This document shows, piece after piece, positions 10,790 to 19,064 of a stretch of DNA of 64,000 nucleotides; within the stretch, counting starts at the first letter, position 1, and each line of letters begins with the position of its first letter. The notes beneath the pieces were generated by a model that was not told where the DNA came from, did no database searches, and was given only the letters and a program-made list of their open reading frames with translations. Origin of the DNA: Candidatus Paraprochloron terpiosi LD05 (GTDB taxonomy: Bacteria > Cyanobacteriota > Cyanobacteriia > Cyanobacteriales > Prochloraceae); assembly GCA_018141785.1 (NCBI GenBank), contig CP073341.1, forward strand, positions 2,837,261 through 2,901,260. The letters are read 5' to 3'. A program made the translations under genes and the position numbers.

Positions 10790-11539
10790 TCAATCGACTG
10801 CTGCCAATGCCAATTTCCGATCCAAATCAAAGAGGAAACCGTGGATATACTCCTCCGTCCACTCCGAACCGTATAACCGAGTAAACATACCTCTAGCGGG
10901 ATCCTTTGCCGCCCTGTAGTCGATGTAGCGTAACTGAGCTTCCCTAATTTTTGTCAGCCTTTGACTATTACTAGCGGCTTGGGCCTTTTTGACAAAATTC
11001 AGATAAACGTCCAGATAGTCTTTAAAAGCTGCAAACACCCGGGTTTGTACCACTTCTGTATCCTGGGTCCGAGTCCAGAGAAAAGCAGGAGAAAAGAAGG
11101 GTTGAGCTTCTTCTGGGAAATCCCCTCCCCAAGGCAAATATTCTTTATGTAAATTAAATACAGGTAGTAGTGGTTCAGTGTATTTTTTTTGATAATCTGG
11201 ATCGTGGAAAAGGGGCTGCATATCCAGAGCGATCAGGTGTCCTCCCGGTAAGGTTACCAAGTCCGCGCCAAAAAAAGGCAAGTCGTACTTTAGTTCCGGA
11301 AAGATAACAAAATTGAGTACCTGTAAAGATTTACCCCCCTGGACATGAGCTGCGCGGATTTGTCTCAGTTTCCCCGATTTAAAAGCGTGAGAAGTAGTGA
11401 CAACTTGTTCCAGTCTCTTCCCCTTCCCTGAAGTCCCCTCCTTCCGCTCAAACCCTGCCGGAATCGGATAGGGTTCCAAGTCGAGCCGATCCTGGAGAAC
11501 TGCAATGGCGTAATTTAAAAAAGGCTGATAGAGAGTCAT
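10790..11539 (-). CDS. pebB: Phycoerythrobilin:ferredoxin oxidoreductase
   Basis: 249-aa FDBR-family ORF, second in the pebAB pair. Its ATGA start overlaps the pebA stop. Confidence 0.85.
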   Translation of the reverse strand: MTLYQPFLNYAIAVLQDRLDLEPYPIPAGFERKEGTSGKGKRLEQVVTTSHAFKSGKLRQIRAAHVQGGKSLQVLNFVIFPELKYDLPFFGADLVTLPGGHLIALDMQPLFHDPDYQKKYTEPLLPVFNLHKEYLPWGGDFPEEAQPFFSPAFLWTRTQDTEVVQTRVFAAFKDYLDVYLNFVKKAQAASNSQRLTKIREAQLRYIDYRAAKDPARGMFTRLYGSEWTEEYIHGFLFDLDRKLALAAVD

Positions 11540-12270
11540 CTTTTTCCCCCAGCTACAGCTAAAGGTACAGCGTCTTCAAACAAAAACTCGTAGAGGAAGC
11601 GGTCAGCCCACTCCGAACCGAAATAACTGCTAAACAGACCGTGAGCTGGGTCTCGCTCAGCGCTATACTGGTCGTATTCTTTTTGCGCTTTGACAATTTT
11701 CTCAATGTCAGTCGAGTCCGTCAACCTTTCAGCCCCATCTAGCAATTGCCAATATAAGTGTATATATTCTTGGTAAGCTGGGAATAACCTGGTAACTACT
11801 GTCTCAGGGTTAGTTTTGGCAAAGAGCAAGTATTTAGAAAAATACTGATTCGCATCGTAAAATTTCATTTCCAGGTTTTGCGCCAACTCATTATACTTAT
11901 CCCTAATGGGCGCCATTGGCTCGATATACTTATCTAGATAATCCTGTGTGCGGAATAAAGGCTGGAAATCCAGAACTACGAGGATTTTTTTCTTACCGAA
12001 GGATAAAAAGTCAATTCCCAACAGGGGTAGATCGTAATAGTGAGCTGGATAGATAACGCTATTAAATACCTGGGCAGTTTCCCCAGCATCAATATAGCTG
12101 TATCGAATTTTGCGCAATTGGGGACAGGAGTAGCACCAACTCTGAATCGTCGCCGGATTCTTGCCGCGATCGCTGATATTGGATTCTAATCCCGGAGTAA
12201 TAGGGCTACTACTGAGATCGAAGCGGCTAAAAAGCTCTTTTTCTAAAAACTCGCGAAAAGGCTGGAACAT
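11536..12270 (-). CDS. pebA: 15,16-dihydrobiliverdin:ferredoxin oxidoreductase
   Basis: 244 aa. IQSWCY...VLDFQPL...[30 protein letters not shown] matches PebA. Confidence 0.85.
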   Translation of the reverse strand: MFQPFREFLEKELFSRFDLSSSPITPGLESNISDRGKNPATIQSWCYSCPQLRKIRYSYIDAGETAQVFNSVIYPAHYYDLPLLGIDFLSFGKKKILVVLDFQPLFRTQDYLDKYIEPMAPIRDKYNELAQNLEMKFYDANQYFSKYLLFAKTNPETVVTRLFPAYQEYIHLYWQLLDGAERLTDSTDIEKIVKAQKEYDQYSAERDPAHGLFSSYFGSEWADRFLYEFLFEDAVPLAVAGGKR

Positions 12271-12721
12271 GAATTCTCGCTCGGATATTAAATATCCTTC
12301 CTAGGGTACATCACGAGCAGCGATCCTGTCTCAATCCTCTCAAACAAAACAACATTCTGTGAGGTAGTTGCTAGTACACAAAAACGTGAACAAACCTCAG
12401 CTAAGTTAGCAAAACCTGTTGTACTTAGGAAAAAGTTTTAAAAATACCGCACTACATGGTATCTTAAAAATGGTCATGGCCGTGAGATAACGTAGGTTGG
12501 TAATGGCCCTACCCCGGCTCAGGGCGGGCGATTCGATCAAGCGTGAAATCGCGGCGTAAGCCAAGCATAAACTAGGGCTTGGGTAAGCAGCCTTCGTTAA
12601 ATCTAAGTTCAGAAATGAGCTGAAAAGCGGATTTCCTGAAAAGGAGCTGATTGCGCAAGCAACCGCGTAAGCGTCCCAAGACAACTAAATCTAGGATGCG
12701 GGTGAGAGAAATCAAGTCCCG

Positions 12722-12747
12722 CCCCCGCCATTAATCAATGCCGGGGG
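12722..12747. repeat. Mini-palindrome P1 (26 nt)
   Basis: Exact CCCCCGCCATTAATCAATGCCGGGGG inside intron B1. Confidence 0.85.
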
Positions 12748-12895
12748 GATTGCAGACTCCTAATCTGACCACATTCAATTGTGAATTCAAGCAATCTTGC
12801 CGGGTTTGTCACCGGGGGGTGAAGCTGGTAACAGGGCGGAATCAGGCACGAAAGTGACCCTGCCGCTAATAGGGAGAGTCTATGGTGAACAGAAG

Positions 12896-12921
12896 CCCCC
12901 GCCATTAATCAATGCCGGGGG
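12896..12921. repeat. Mini-palindrome P1 (26 nt)
   Basis: Exact CCCCCGCCATTAATCAATGCCGGGGG inside intron B1. Confidence 0.85.
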
Positions 12922-14078
12922 TGGTAAGTGAACTGTCGTAAAAAGCTTCTAATCCGGGGGAGCACAGCGTTAAGTTTAGGGGTGACGCCCCTTTAATGGG
13001 TATCCCAACTGGTAATTGAAACCCCACCTACTCAGCCCTGAAGAGAGGTATCCCTGGGGGACCAGTGGGCGAATTGATGGCACCTAAAGACTCGGAACAA
13101 TCTTAGATTTGGCAACGTTGCAAAAACGTAGGTAACCACATAGGGTGGTAACTAAGAGAGAGTTAGACAAACTCAAACGGGAACTACGAATAGGACGCAG
13201 GAACGAAACGAAAGCTAGTAATAGTGGAAACGATTGCCTGCAATGAGCGAGACCCGAAGAAGTACTCGAAATTGTATAAGTCGCTTGATGAACCTGAAAA
13301 GGTTAGATACCACGCCAGAGATGGTGATGATGAAGCAGGCGGTCAACCGAGTAGAGGAAAATAAGGGAAAGGCGACGAAAGTTATCTAAGCCAGAAACGG
13401 AACCAAATCTGATAACGGACGTTGTCAATGGTGAAGATGGATTCGCATCCAAAAGACAGCCATAGCTCATAGGAGCCGTGTACGGTGAAAGCTGTAAGCA
13501 CGGTTCTGAAGGGGAGCTGGGGTTTAGCAATGAACTCCTTCGACCCTGTCAGAATAAACTTTCCTTCGGGAATGATAGTTTCGGCAGCTAGGATAAATAA
13601 ACGTCGTTGCGTATTGCCACAGTGGTAGCTTGAGTAGCCCCATGATGGGCTCCAAATTTAAAAAAGCGCTTAACTTTCGAGTTAAGCTTTGCAGGCAACT
13701 GCCTTTACTATTTCTAGTGATGCTATACTTATCTCAGATTTATGCAGCAATGTATAAGTTTGAGCAGGTTAAATGTTGCACAAACTCCCACGGATGAATC
13801 ACGTGGGCTTTGCTTTTAGTTCGGTAATATTGTTTTTTTATGGAGCCGAGCAGAGTTGAACTGCTGTCCAGACTGGGTATTGACTGTCCGCTCATTCACA
13901 GGTTTAGCCCATCTAACCCTCAGGGCGGGAACCATCCCTTATCCCGGATGACAGGATACTCTGGCAAAGTCTTAGCTCTTGAGCCTACCAGAGGAGGAGC
14001 AAGAGAGCATCCGTTGAGGTTTGGCCCGCAGCCCTTAACGGAGTCAGACTGCGAGCGCTCGAACCTGTTTAGAGGTTT

Positions 14079-14126
14079 TTAGGCAACAGCAGCTGCCTTA
14101 CGAGCAAAAGGAACGATGTTGTTCGC
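14079..14126 (-). other. tmRNA tag reading frame ANNIVPFARKAAAVA plus stop
   Basis: Resume codon GCG at 14126..14124 and TAA at 14081..14079. This is a typical cyanobacterial ANNIV.FAR-type tag. Confidence 0.85.
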
Positions 14127-14127
14127 A

Positions 14128-14971
14128 GTTAGTCGAGATAGGTAGACCCTTACAGGTTTTCCCCCTCACAGTACCGGGCGTGCAACTTTCAAAGCACCCG
14201 GCTCCTGGTGTATCATCCTACTCCCGGCGCGTTAATTCCCATTTCTAGGACTGGTTTTTCAGGACTATTCCTACCGTCAGGCAGTCAAGTGGTTTTATTA
14301 ATCCTTAAATTTGACCAATCATCCCCGCCATTAGCGATTAGCCATAACGCTTTCAAACTTATGGGGAACATTGGGATTCAAGTCCCAGTTTCAGATTACA
14401 AATCCTATACGAATAGATTTGTAATTACGTTTCACCCTCTCTTACGTCAGCTCCCCTTTCGGGTAGACATTTGTCTATGAGTCAGGTTATACAGTCGTGT
14501 TTTCCCTCGGACTTTCGTCCATGACTCCATTCGCTTCTTAAGAGAGTCCTTTCTCCCCAGGGAATTGGTTCACCTTACGGCTTTCCTACGATTTCTCGAC
14601 CCTGTGGAGGTTTACTCGTTTCACAATAGTTAGATACGCCCGGGTTAGATTGCTCCTTACAACGGCGATGTGGTAGCTACCGCAGTCTAAAAATGAGTAG
14701 ACTTTTCACATATATCGCGTGCCATTTTGGCTAGAGTTTATCAGGTTGCTTAAACTCTTTCTCAAGTGACGTTGCTGCAAGCTTCGCTTTATGCTCACCA
14801 TACCGGACTTCCCATAGACTGTACCTGCTTACAACCTAGCAGGCCTTTAGCCACTTAACCCTCTAGCTGTGAAACACCCCCATTACTGGGACTGCCCCTT
14901 CGGGCTGGGACTGGAGAAACTACTCCCCGTGGGACTTTCGTTCACTAACTACTGCGACTTCCGAGTCGCAC
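14128..14971 (-). mobile_element. ORF-less group II intron, family C copy C1, inside ssrA
   Basis: The 5' end is GUGCGACUCGGAAGUCGCAGUAG (from 14971). Domain V is GAGCCGGGUGCUUUGAAAGUUGCACGCCCGGUAC at 14171..14204. Domain VI ends ...CCUAUCUCGACUAAC at 14128. A hairpin loop CAUUUU (14690..14695) is complementary to the last 6 nt of exon 1 (AAAAUG). No sense ORF of 60 aa or more is in the track. Confidence 0.85.
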
Positions 14972-15204
14972 CATTTTGTTTGAGCCTTTGATTTGCGAGA
15001 GGAGACTCACTCTCGACCTGAATCACAGGATAGCTTTCGCCAACCTGTCGAAACCGTTACGGCCCCTAGATTTCTTTCTCTATCCAATATCTTATAACAC
15101 TTGAGGGGTATTTAACAAGTTATTTTTATTAAGAATTGTAAATATTGTAAATATAGCTACAATTATCTACCAGAGTCAAAAATAGACCAAAAAGAAGCCG
15201 ACAG

Positions 15205-15681
15205 ATGGATTGTAGCCAGATTCAATTTTGCGTTGACAAATCAAAAATAGACCTGGAGCAATGCCTCGAATTATTCAACCTTAGTGCTTTTTGGGCGCAA
15301 GGGAGAAAAAAAGAGGATTTAGAAATAGCGATACGCTACTCGGATCCTGTAGTGAGCGTGTGGAACCAAGAGCTGATGGTAGGTTTTGCCAGAGCTACCT
15401 CCGACGGTATCTACCGCGCTACTATTTGGGATGTAGTCATCCATCCAGAATATCGGGGAGCCAGGTTAGGGCGCAAATTAGTAGAAACGGTTTTGAGCCA
15501 TCCAAAGGTGAACCGAGTAGAGCGAGTGTACTTGATGACTACCAATCAACAAAGCTTTTACGAACGAATTGGTTTTCTACCAAACCAAACTACTACTATG
15601 ATCCTCTACAACTCCTCCCCGAGCAGGGAGGTACTCATACCGCAGACTTGGCAAGAAGAAAGGAACACTCTAGCCGTGTAA
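15205..15681 (+). CDS. GNAT family N-acetyltransferase
   Basis: 158 aa. [36 protein letters not shown]...FYERIGF acetyl-CoA binding motif. Confidence 0.8.
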   Translation: MDCSQIQFCVDKSKIDLEQCLELFNLSAFWAQGRKKEDLEIAIRYSDPVVSVWNQELMVGFARATSDGIYRATIWDVVIHPEYRGARLGRKLVETVLSHPKVNRVERVYLMTTNQQSFYERIGFLPNQTTTMILYNSSPSREVLIPQTWQEERNTLAV

Positions 15682-15689
15682 GAGGCTGG

Positions 15690-16320
15690 TTTAGGTTTTC
15701 GGCTGTTAAATCCAAAACAGTCAAATCTGACTGGATGATTTCCAATAAGTTCTGACACAGCAACAATTTCATCCCCGGAGAAAAGTCCAGTTGTTGGTTA
15801 AAGGACTTAATAGCAGAGGATGTGGACAGGGTAGAAGGAGTTCATTGCTGATTGCGTAAGCTTTGCGTAAGCAACCGCCCTTTCGGGAAATTCGTCTTTC
15901 AGCTTATTTCTAAACTTAGATTAAACGGGGGCTGCTTACCCAGAGCTAGTGTTTATTCTTTGGCTTACGCCGTGATTTCGCCGGAAACGAATCGCCCGCG
16001 GAGGCAGTCTGTTGCCTCAAATCCACGGGTTCGCTCCAGATACTGGCATCACAGTCCACATCGATCTGAATCCAAACACGACTGCTGGGCTTGGGCAATA
16101 CAATCCCGTTCTTCTGCCGGACTGTCGCAGAGGTCGGACAAAATGAGCTGATACAAGCTAATTAAACTGGTGAGAGGCGATCCCAATTCGTGGAAAGTCC
16201 GCGCCAGAAACCCAGCTTTATACTGGCCCATTTGGGCGGCCATAAGGTATCGCAGCTGAGTTTATTTTAGTTGCTCTTTGAAGGCTTGAATCTCGTTCAT
16301 TGGAAATTATAATTTCAAAT
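15690..16320 (-). pseudogene. Histidine kinase remnant (frameshifted; interrupted by a mini-intron; upstream end abuts the tnpB element)
   Basis: H-box FLARTFHELGSPLTSL lies in ORF 16049..16243. After a frameshift comes IQIDVDCDASIWSEPVDLRQ. SSAIKSF (N-box-like) resumes only after the 173-nt insert. Confidence 0.5.
15825..15997 (-). mobile_element. Family B mini-intron derivative (5' ~150 nt fused to the last ~25 nt; no domain V)
   Basis: Minus strand GGGCGATTCGTTTCCGGCGAAATCACGGCGTAAGCC...GCTTACGCAATCAG joins directly to CAATGAACTCCTTCTACCCTGTC. Both ends are colinear with B1's termini. Confidence 0.6.
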
Positions 16321-16378
16321 TTCCCTGACGCCGGATATACCAATCCTTACCCGTCCATACTAAATTTGAGCCTTCAGG

Positions 16379-16518
16379 TACTATAGCGCGCCCCGCAGGG
16401 GAAGGGGTAAAGGGTGAAGGGTAAAGGGTAAAGGTTCGTGAAAACCATGTACACCGGTGGTTTGAGCACTTGTTCATTTTTTTAATTTGTAAATACCCCG
16501 GCGCGCACTGCTATAGAG
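16379..16518. repeat. Imperfect inverted repeat enclosing a GGGTAAA/GGGTGAA heptamer array, at the tnpB 3' end
   Basis: CTATAGCGCGCCCCG (16381..) pairs with CCCCGGCGCGCACTGCTATAG (16496..). Heptamers lie at 16405..16434. It could be the IS right end / guide-RNA region, or a separate element. Confidence 0.4.
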
Positions 16519-16534
16519 ACACTCTGCACGAAAT

Positions 16535-17766
16535 TTACTCAATGACCTTTTTGACATACTCCCCGCGCACCCGCGACGGGGATTCTGGGGTCAAGCAGCG
16601 AATGCAGGCAGCAGCCCAACTGACTTCACCTAACCCACAGGTTGATGCCCCAACCCGCTTAATATTGATAGCCGCATTCTCGTCCCGGTCATGTTCTGAC
16701 CCACAGGATGGACACTGCCAACGTCGCACTCTCAAATCCAATTTCTCCAATACATGACCACAGCAATGACAAGTTTTCGAGGAGGGGAACCAGCGGTCTA
16801 CATAAACCACCGCTTTCCCCTTCTTCTCGGCCACCCATTCTAGGATGGTCAAGAAGGTGCTCAAACCCAAATCGGAGACTTTTCTCCCCCAAAGTCGCTG
16901 CATCCCTTTCAGATTCAATGTTTCAAAATAGAGCACATCAAATTGGTCGGTTAGCCAATGGGAGAGCTTCCAAAACCAATCTTCTCGTCGATGTGCAATA
17001 TCCTCATGACGACGAGCCAGATGTTTCCGGGCGCGTTCGCGGTTATTTGACCCCTTCTGCTTGCGGGATAAATCTCGGTTCGCCTTCCGAATCTCTGTTA
17101 GAGATTGTTTGAAGAACAACGGCGCATCAATACTGAAACCTTCAGAGGTCGAGAGAAATTGCTTCAGTCCAAAATCAAAACCAGCGGTTTGACCCGTCTC
17201 GACGCTAAGAATTGGCTCAGAAGCTGTGTCCACCGTGACAAACAGAAACATCTCCCCCAAGGGAGTGCGTTTGATTGTTACGGTCTTCACTTTTCCCTCA
17301 ATTTCTCTAGATTTCCAGAACCGATACACCCGGTCGCCAATCTTGATGCGATTGCCATCGAGGAACTTGTATCCGCATTGCTTCAGGGTGAAGGATTTGT
17401 ATTTCCGAACTTTCTTAAAACTCGGGGGACGAACCCCTTGGTCTTTGTGCTTGAAAAACAACTGATACGCCCTCTCAATGCGCTGACAAATGTCTTGCAC
17501 CGCTTGAGAACCCACTTGCTGCCAGAAAGCGTTACGTTTCCGCAGCTTGGCAATATGCTTCTGGAGTTTGGCGCAGTTCAAGTGCTTGCCAAACATCCGG
17601 TAGTACCGACATGGATTGCCCTATGGGGCCTTCAGACCCATAGGGCCTGAAGGCAAACCAGATGTAGAGCAATGCAATGGTTGTAAATCCTCCCTGAGGC
17701 ATTGACGATGCGTTTCAGGTGACGATTGCGCTGGTGGTTGTAAAACTTAAACTTCAGTGTTTTCAT
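16535..17766 (-). pseudogene. tnpB: IS200/IS605-family TnpB (OrfB), split by a 53-nt insertion with frameshift; no tnpA
   Basis: The N-terminus MKTLKFKFYNHQRNRHLKRIVNASGRIYNHCIALH is in ORF 17632..17820. The remainder, MFGKHL...RuvC-like...CHCCGH...CPSCGSEHDRDENAAINI, is in ORF 16535..17596, in another frame. Upstream hairpins CCCCGTCGCTGACTTCGCGGGG and GCGGCTTTAGCCGC resemble an IS605 left end. Confidence 0.8.
17609..17661. repeat. 53-nt insert in tnpB with interleaved complementary segments (A-B-A'-B')
   Basis: Minus strand GCCTTCAG-GCCCTATGGG-T-CTGAAGGC-CCCATAGGGC sits between codons ...IALH and RYYRMFGK. Confidence 0.5.
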
Positions 17767-17914
17767 GTGGATGATTATATCCGGTTCACGGCGGCTAAAG
17801 CCGCACGAGTCGCTTTTCATCCCCGCGAAGTCAGCGACGGGGCTTTCAAGCTCCCGGATTTTTTCGTAAAACTCTACAAATATCGTTAAAGTTTCCCAAT
17901 CCCTTTTACCAACA

Positions 17915-18166
17915 TGTCAAATTCAGTTGTCAAGGTCCGGGGTAACTCCGAGGTTTCCCCACTAGCTTTGGCGGTTTTACCCGTTTTAACTGGCGGGTCA
18001 GGTAGAATTGCTAGGTGTTTTCAGCGGGTTTCCCTGCTTAAATTGTCACCTAGTTTTTAGCCTTCACGCCCGGGGGGGTTAAACCAAGCTTCAGTTTATG
18101 TGTGGCAAACGAGCCGCGCTCTCTGCGAGTCTCCGAGCGGCTACTTTCCCTGGAAACGAGCCGCAC
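17915..18166 (-). mobile_element. Group II intron 5' fragment, family D (D3), fused to the 3' end of prmC
   Basis: Minus strand GTGCGGCTCGTTTCCAGGGAAAGT[P4]CGCGGCTCGTTTGCCACACATAAAC...CGTGAAGGCTAAAAACT...GGGAAACCCGCTGAAAAC is colinear with the fragment at 26084. No domain V follows. Confidence 0.6.
18113..18141. repeat. Mini-palindrome P4
   Basis: GCCGCGCTCTCTGCGAGTCTCCGAGCGGC. The same string lies at 21088..21116, at the homologous position of another intron 5' fragment. Confidence 0.7.
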
Positions 18167-19064
18167 AATAGGAACGATAAGCTAGGGCAAAACGGTCAAT
18201 TCCGGCTAAGTCAGGGAAAATATTTATTTTTGTATAGCTGCCTTGTTCTTCAAGCATTGCAGCAACTTGCTCTCCTTGTCCTACCATTATTTCAATTAAC
18301 CAAACTCCCCCAGGGATGAGGTAATCTGGAGCAGTTTGGATCAGGTAGCGGATATGTTCCAGACCGTCTGCACCACCCGAGAGAGCTAAATGGGGTTCGT
18401 GTCGGGCTACTTCTGGTTGTAACTGGGAAAATAAGGTCGTAGGAATATAAGGAGGGTTGGATACCATACCGCTAAATTTCCCTTTCAGGTTTGCCAGAGG
18501 AGACCACCAGGAACCTTGAGAGAAAGTGATTCTCGAACTCAAACCGAGATTGACGGCATTTTCTTTGGCGATGGTCAAAGCTGCGTCGCTGCAATCCGTA
18601 GCATAAATTGAAGCATTTGTCAATAATTCCGCCAGACCGAGGGAGATAGCCCCGCTTCCGGTGCCCAGATCGACCCAGTTTCCCGAACTAATTTCCACCT
18701 CCGAGGGTTCTTCCACTACCTTTGCTACTAAGTCAATCAACAATTCAGTTTCCGGACGGGGAATGAAAACATCCGGGGAAACTTTGAGTTGAAAATGGCG
18801 CCAAGGTGCTACTCCAGCTATATATTGAACAGGCAAACTCTCCTGGAGACGCCGTCTCCATTGCTGGGTTAGCATTGACAGGGGTAGGGAGAGTCTGATT
18901 TGGTCTCGCTCTCTAAAAGATGCCATCGAGAGTGAAAGTTTGTCAACACCCGCCACTAATTCCAGGAGCCAGTCCACCTCTACTGGGGCTATATCAGAGG
19001 CGATCGCTGCTTCGCGCGCCTGTCTCCGCCACCAATAAAGTTTCTCCCCTGATACAATCACCAT
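18141..19064 (-). CDS. prmC: Release factor glutamine N5-methyltransferase; last 8 codons intron-derived
   Basis: 307 aa. VFIPRPETE, GTGSGAI and the NPPY motif (VSNPPYIP). The C-terminal ...AYRSY|CAARFQGK* reads into the GTGCGGCTCG intron 5' end. Confidence 0.85.
   Translation of the reverse strand: MVIVSGEKLYWWRRQAREAAIASDIAPVEVDWLLELVAGVDKLSLSMASFRERDQIRLSLPLSMLTQQWRRRLQESLPVQYIAGVAPWRHFQLKVSPDVFIPRPETELLIDLVAKVVEEPSEVEISSGNWVDLGTGSGAISLGLAELLTNASIYATDCSDAALTIAKENAVNLGLSSRITFSQGSWWSPLANLKGKFSGMVSNPPYIPTTLFSQLQPEVARHEPHLALSGGADGLEHIRYLIQTAPDYLIPGGVWLIEIMVGQGEQVAAMLEEQGSYTKINIFPDLAGIDRFALAYRSYCAARFQGK

Larger units (their letters stand above)
12526..13550 (+). mobile_element. ORF-less group II intron, family B copy B1 (5' GGGCG)
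   Basis: The 5' end GGGCGATTCGATCAAGCGTGAAATCGCGGCGTAAGCC is colinear with the GTGCGGCTCGATCAAGCG 5' ends of other families. Domain V is GAGCCGTGTACGGTGAAAGCTGTAAGCACGGTTC at 13473..13506. A domain VI-like 3' end reads ...CTCCTTCGACCCTGTC. There is no long sense ORF. It carries two P1 mini-palindromes. Confidence 0.7.
13841..15066 (-). ncRNA. ssrA: tmRNA gene interrupted by a group II intron (exon 1 = 14972..15066, exon 2 = 13841..14127)
   Basis: Minus strand: the 5' end is GGGGCCGUAACGGUUUCGACAGGUUGGCG. The tag frame is GCG AAC AAC AUC GUU CCU UUU GCU CGU AAG GCA GCU GCU GUU GCC UAA. The 3' end is GGACAGCAGUUCAACUCUGCUCGGCUCCA. The acceptor stem GGGGCCG/CGGCUCC has the G3:U wobble. The spliced length is 382 nt. 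Confidence 0.9.

Noticed and set aside
13840-14082. 80-aa plus-strand ORF
   Set aside because: It is the antisense strand of tmRNA exon 2, so the region is explained by the RNA gene.
12406-14480. ORFs 12406..12684, 13303..13530 and 14208..14480
   Set aside because: They lie within or antisense to ORF-less intron RNAs (B1, C1). They have no RT or maturase motifs, and their peptides are repeat read-throughs.
15291-15755. 154-aa ORF overlapping the GNAT gene in another frame
   Set aside because: The GNAT frame (15205..15681) has clear acetyltransferase motifs. The overlapping frame is Arg/Ser-rich with no motif.
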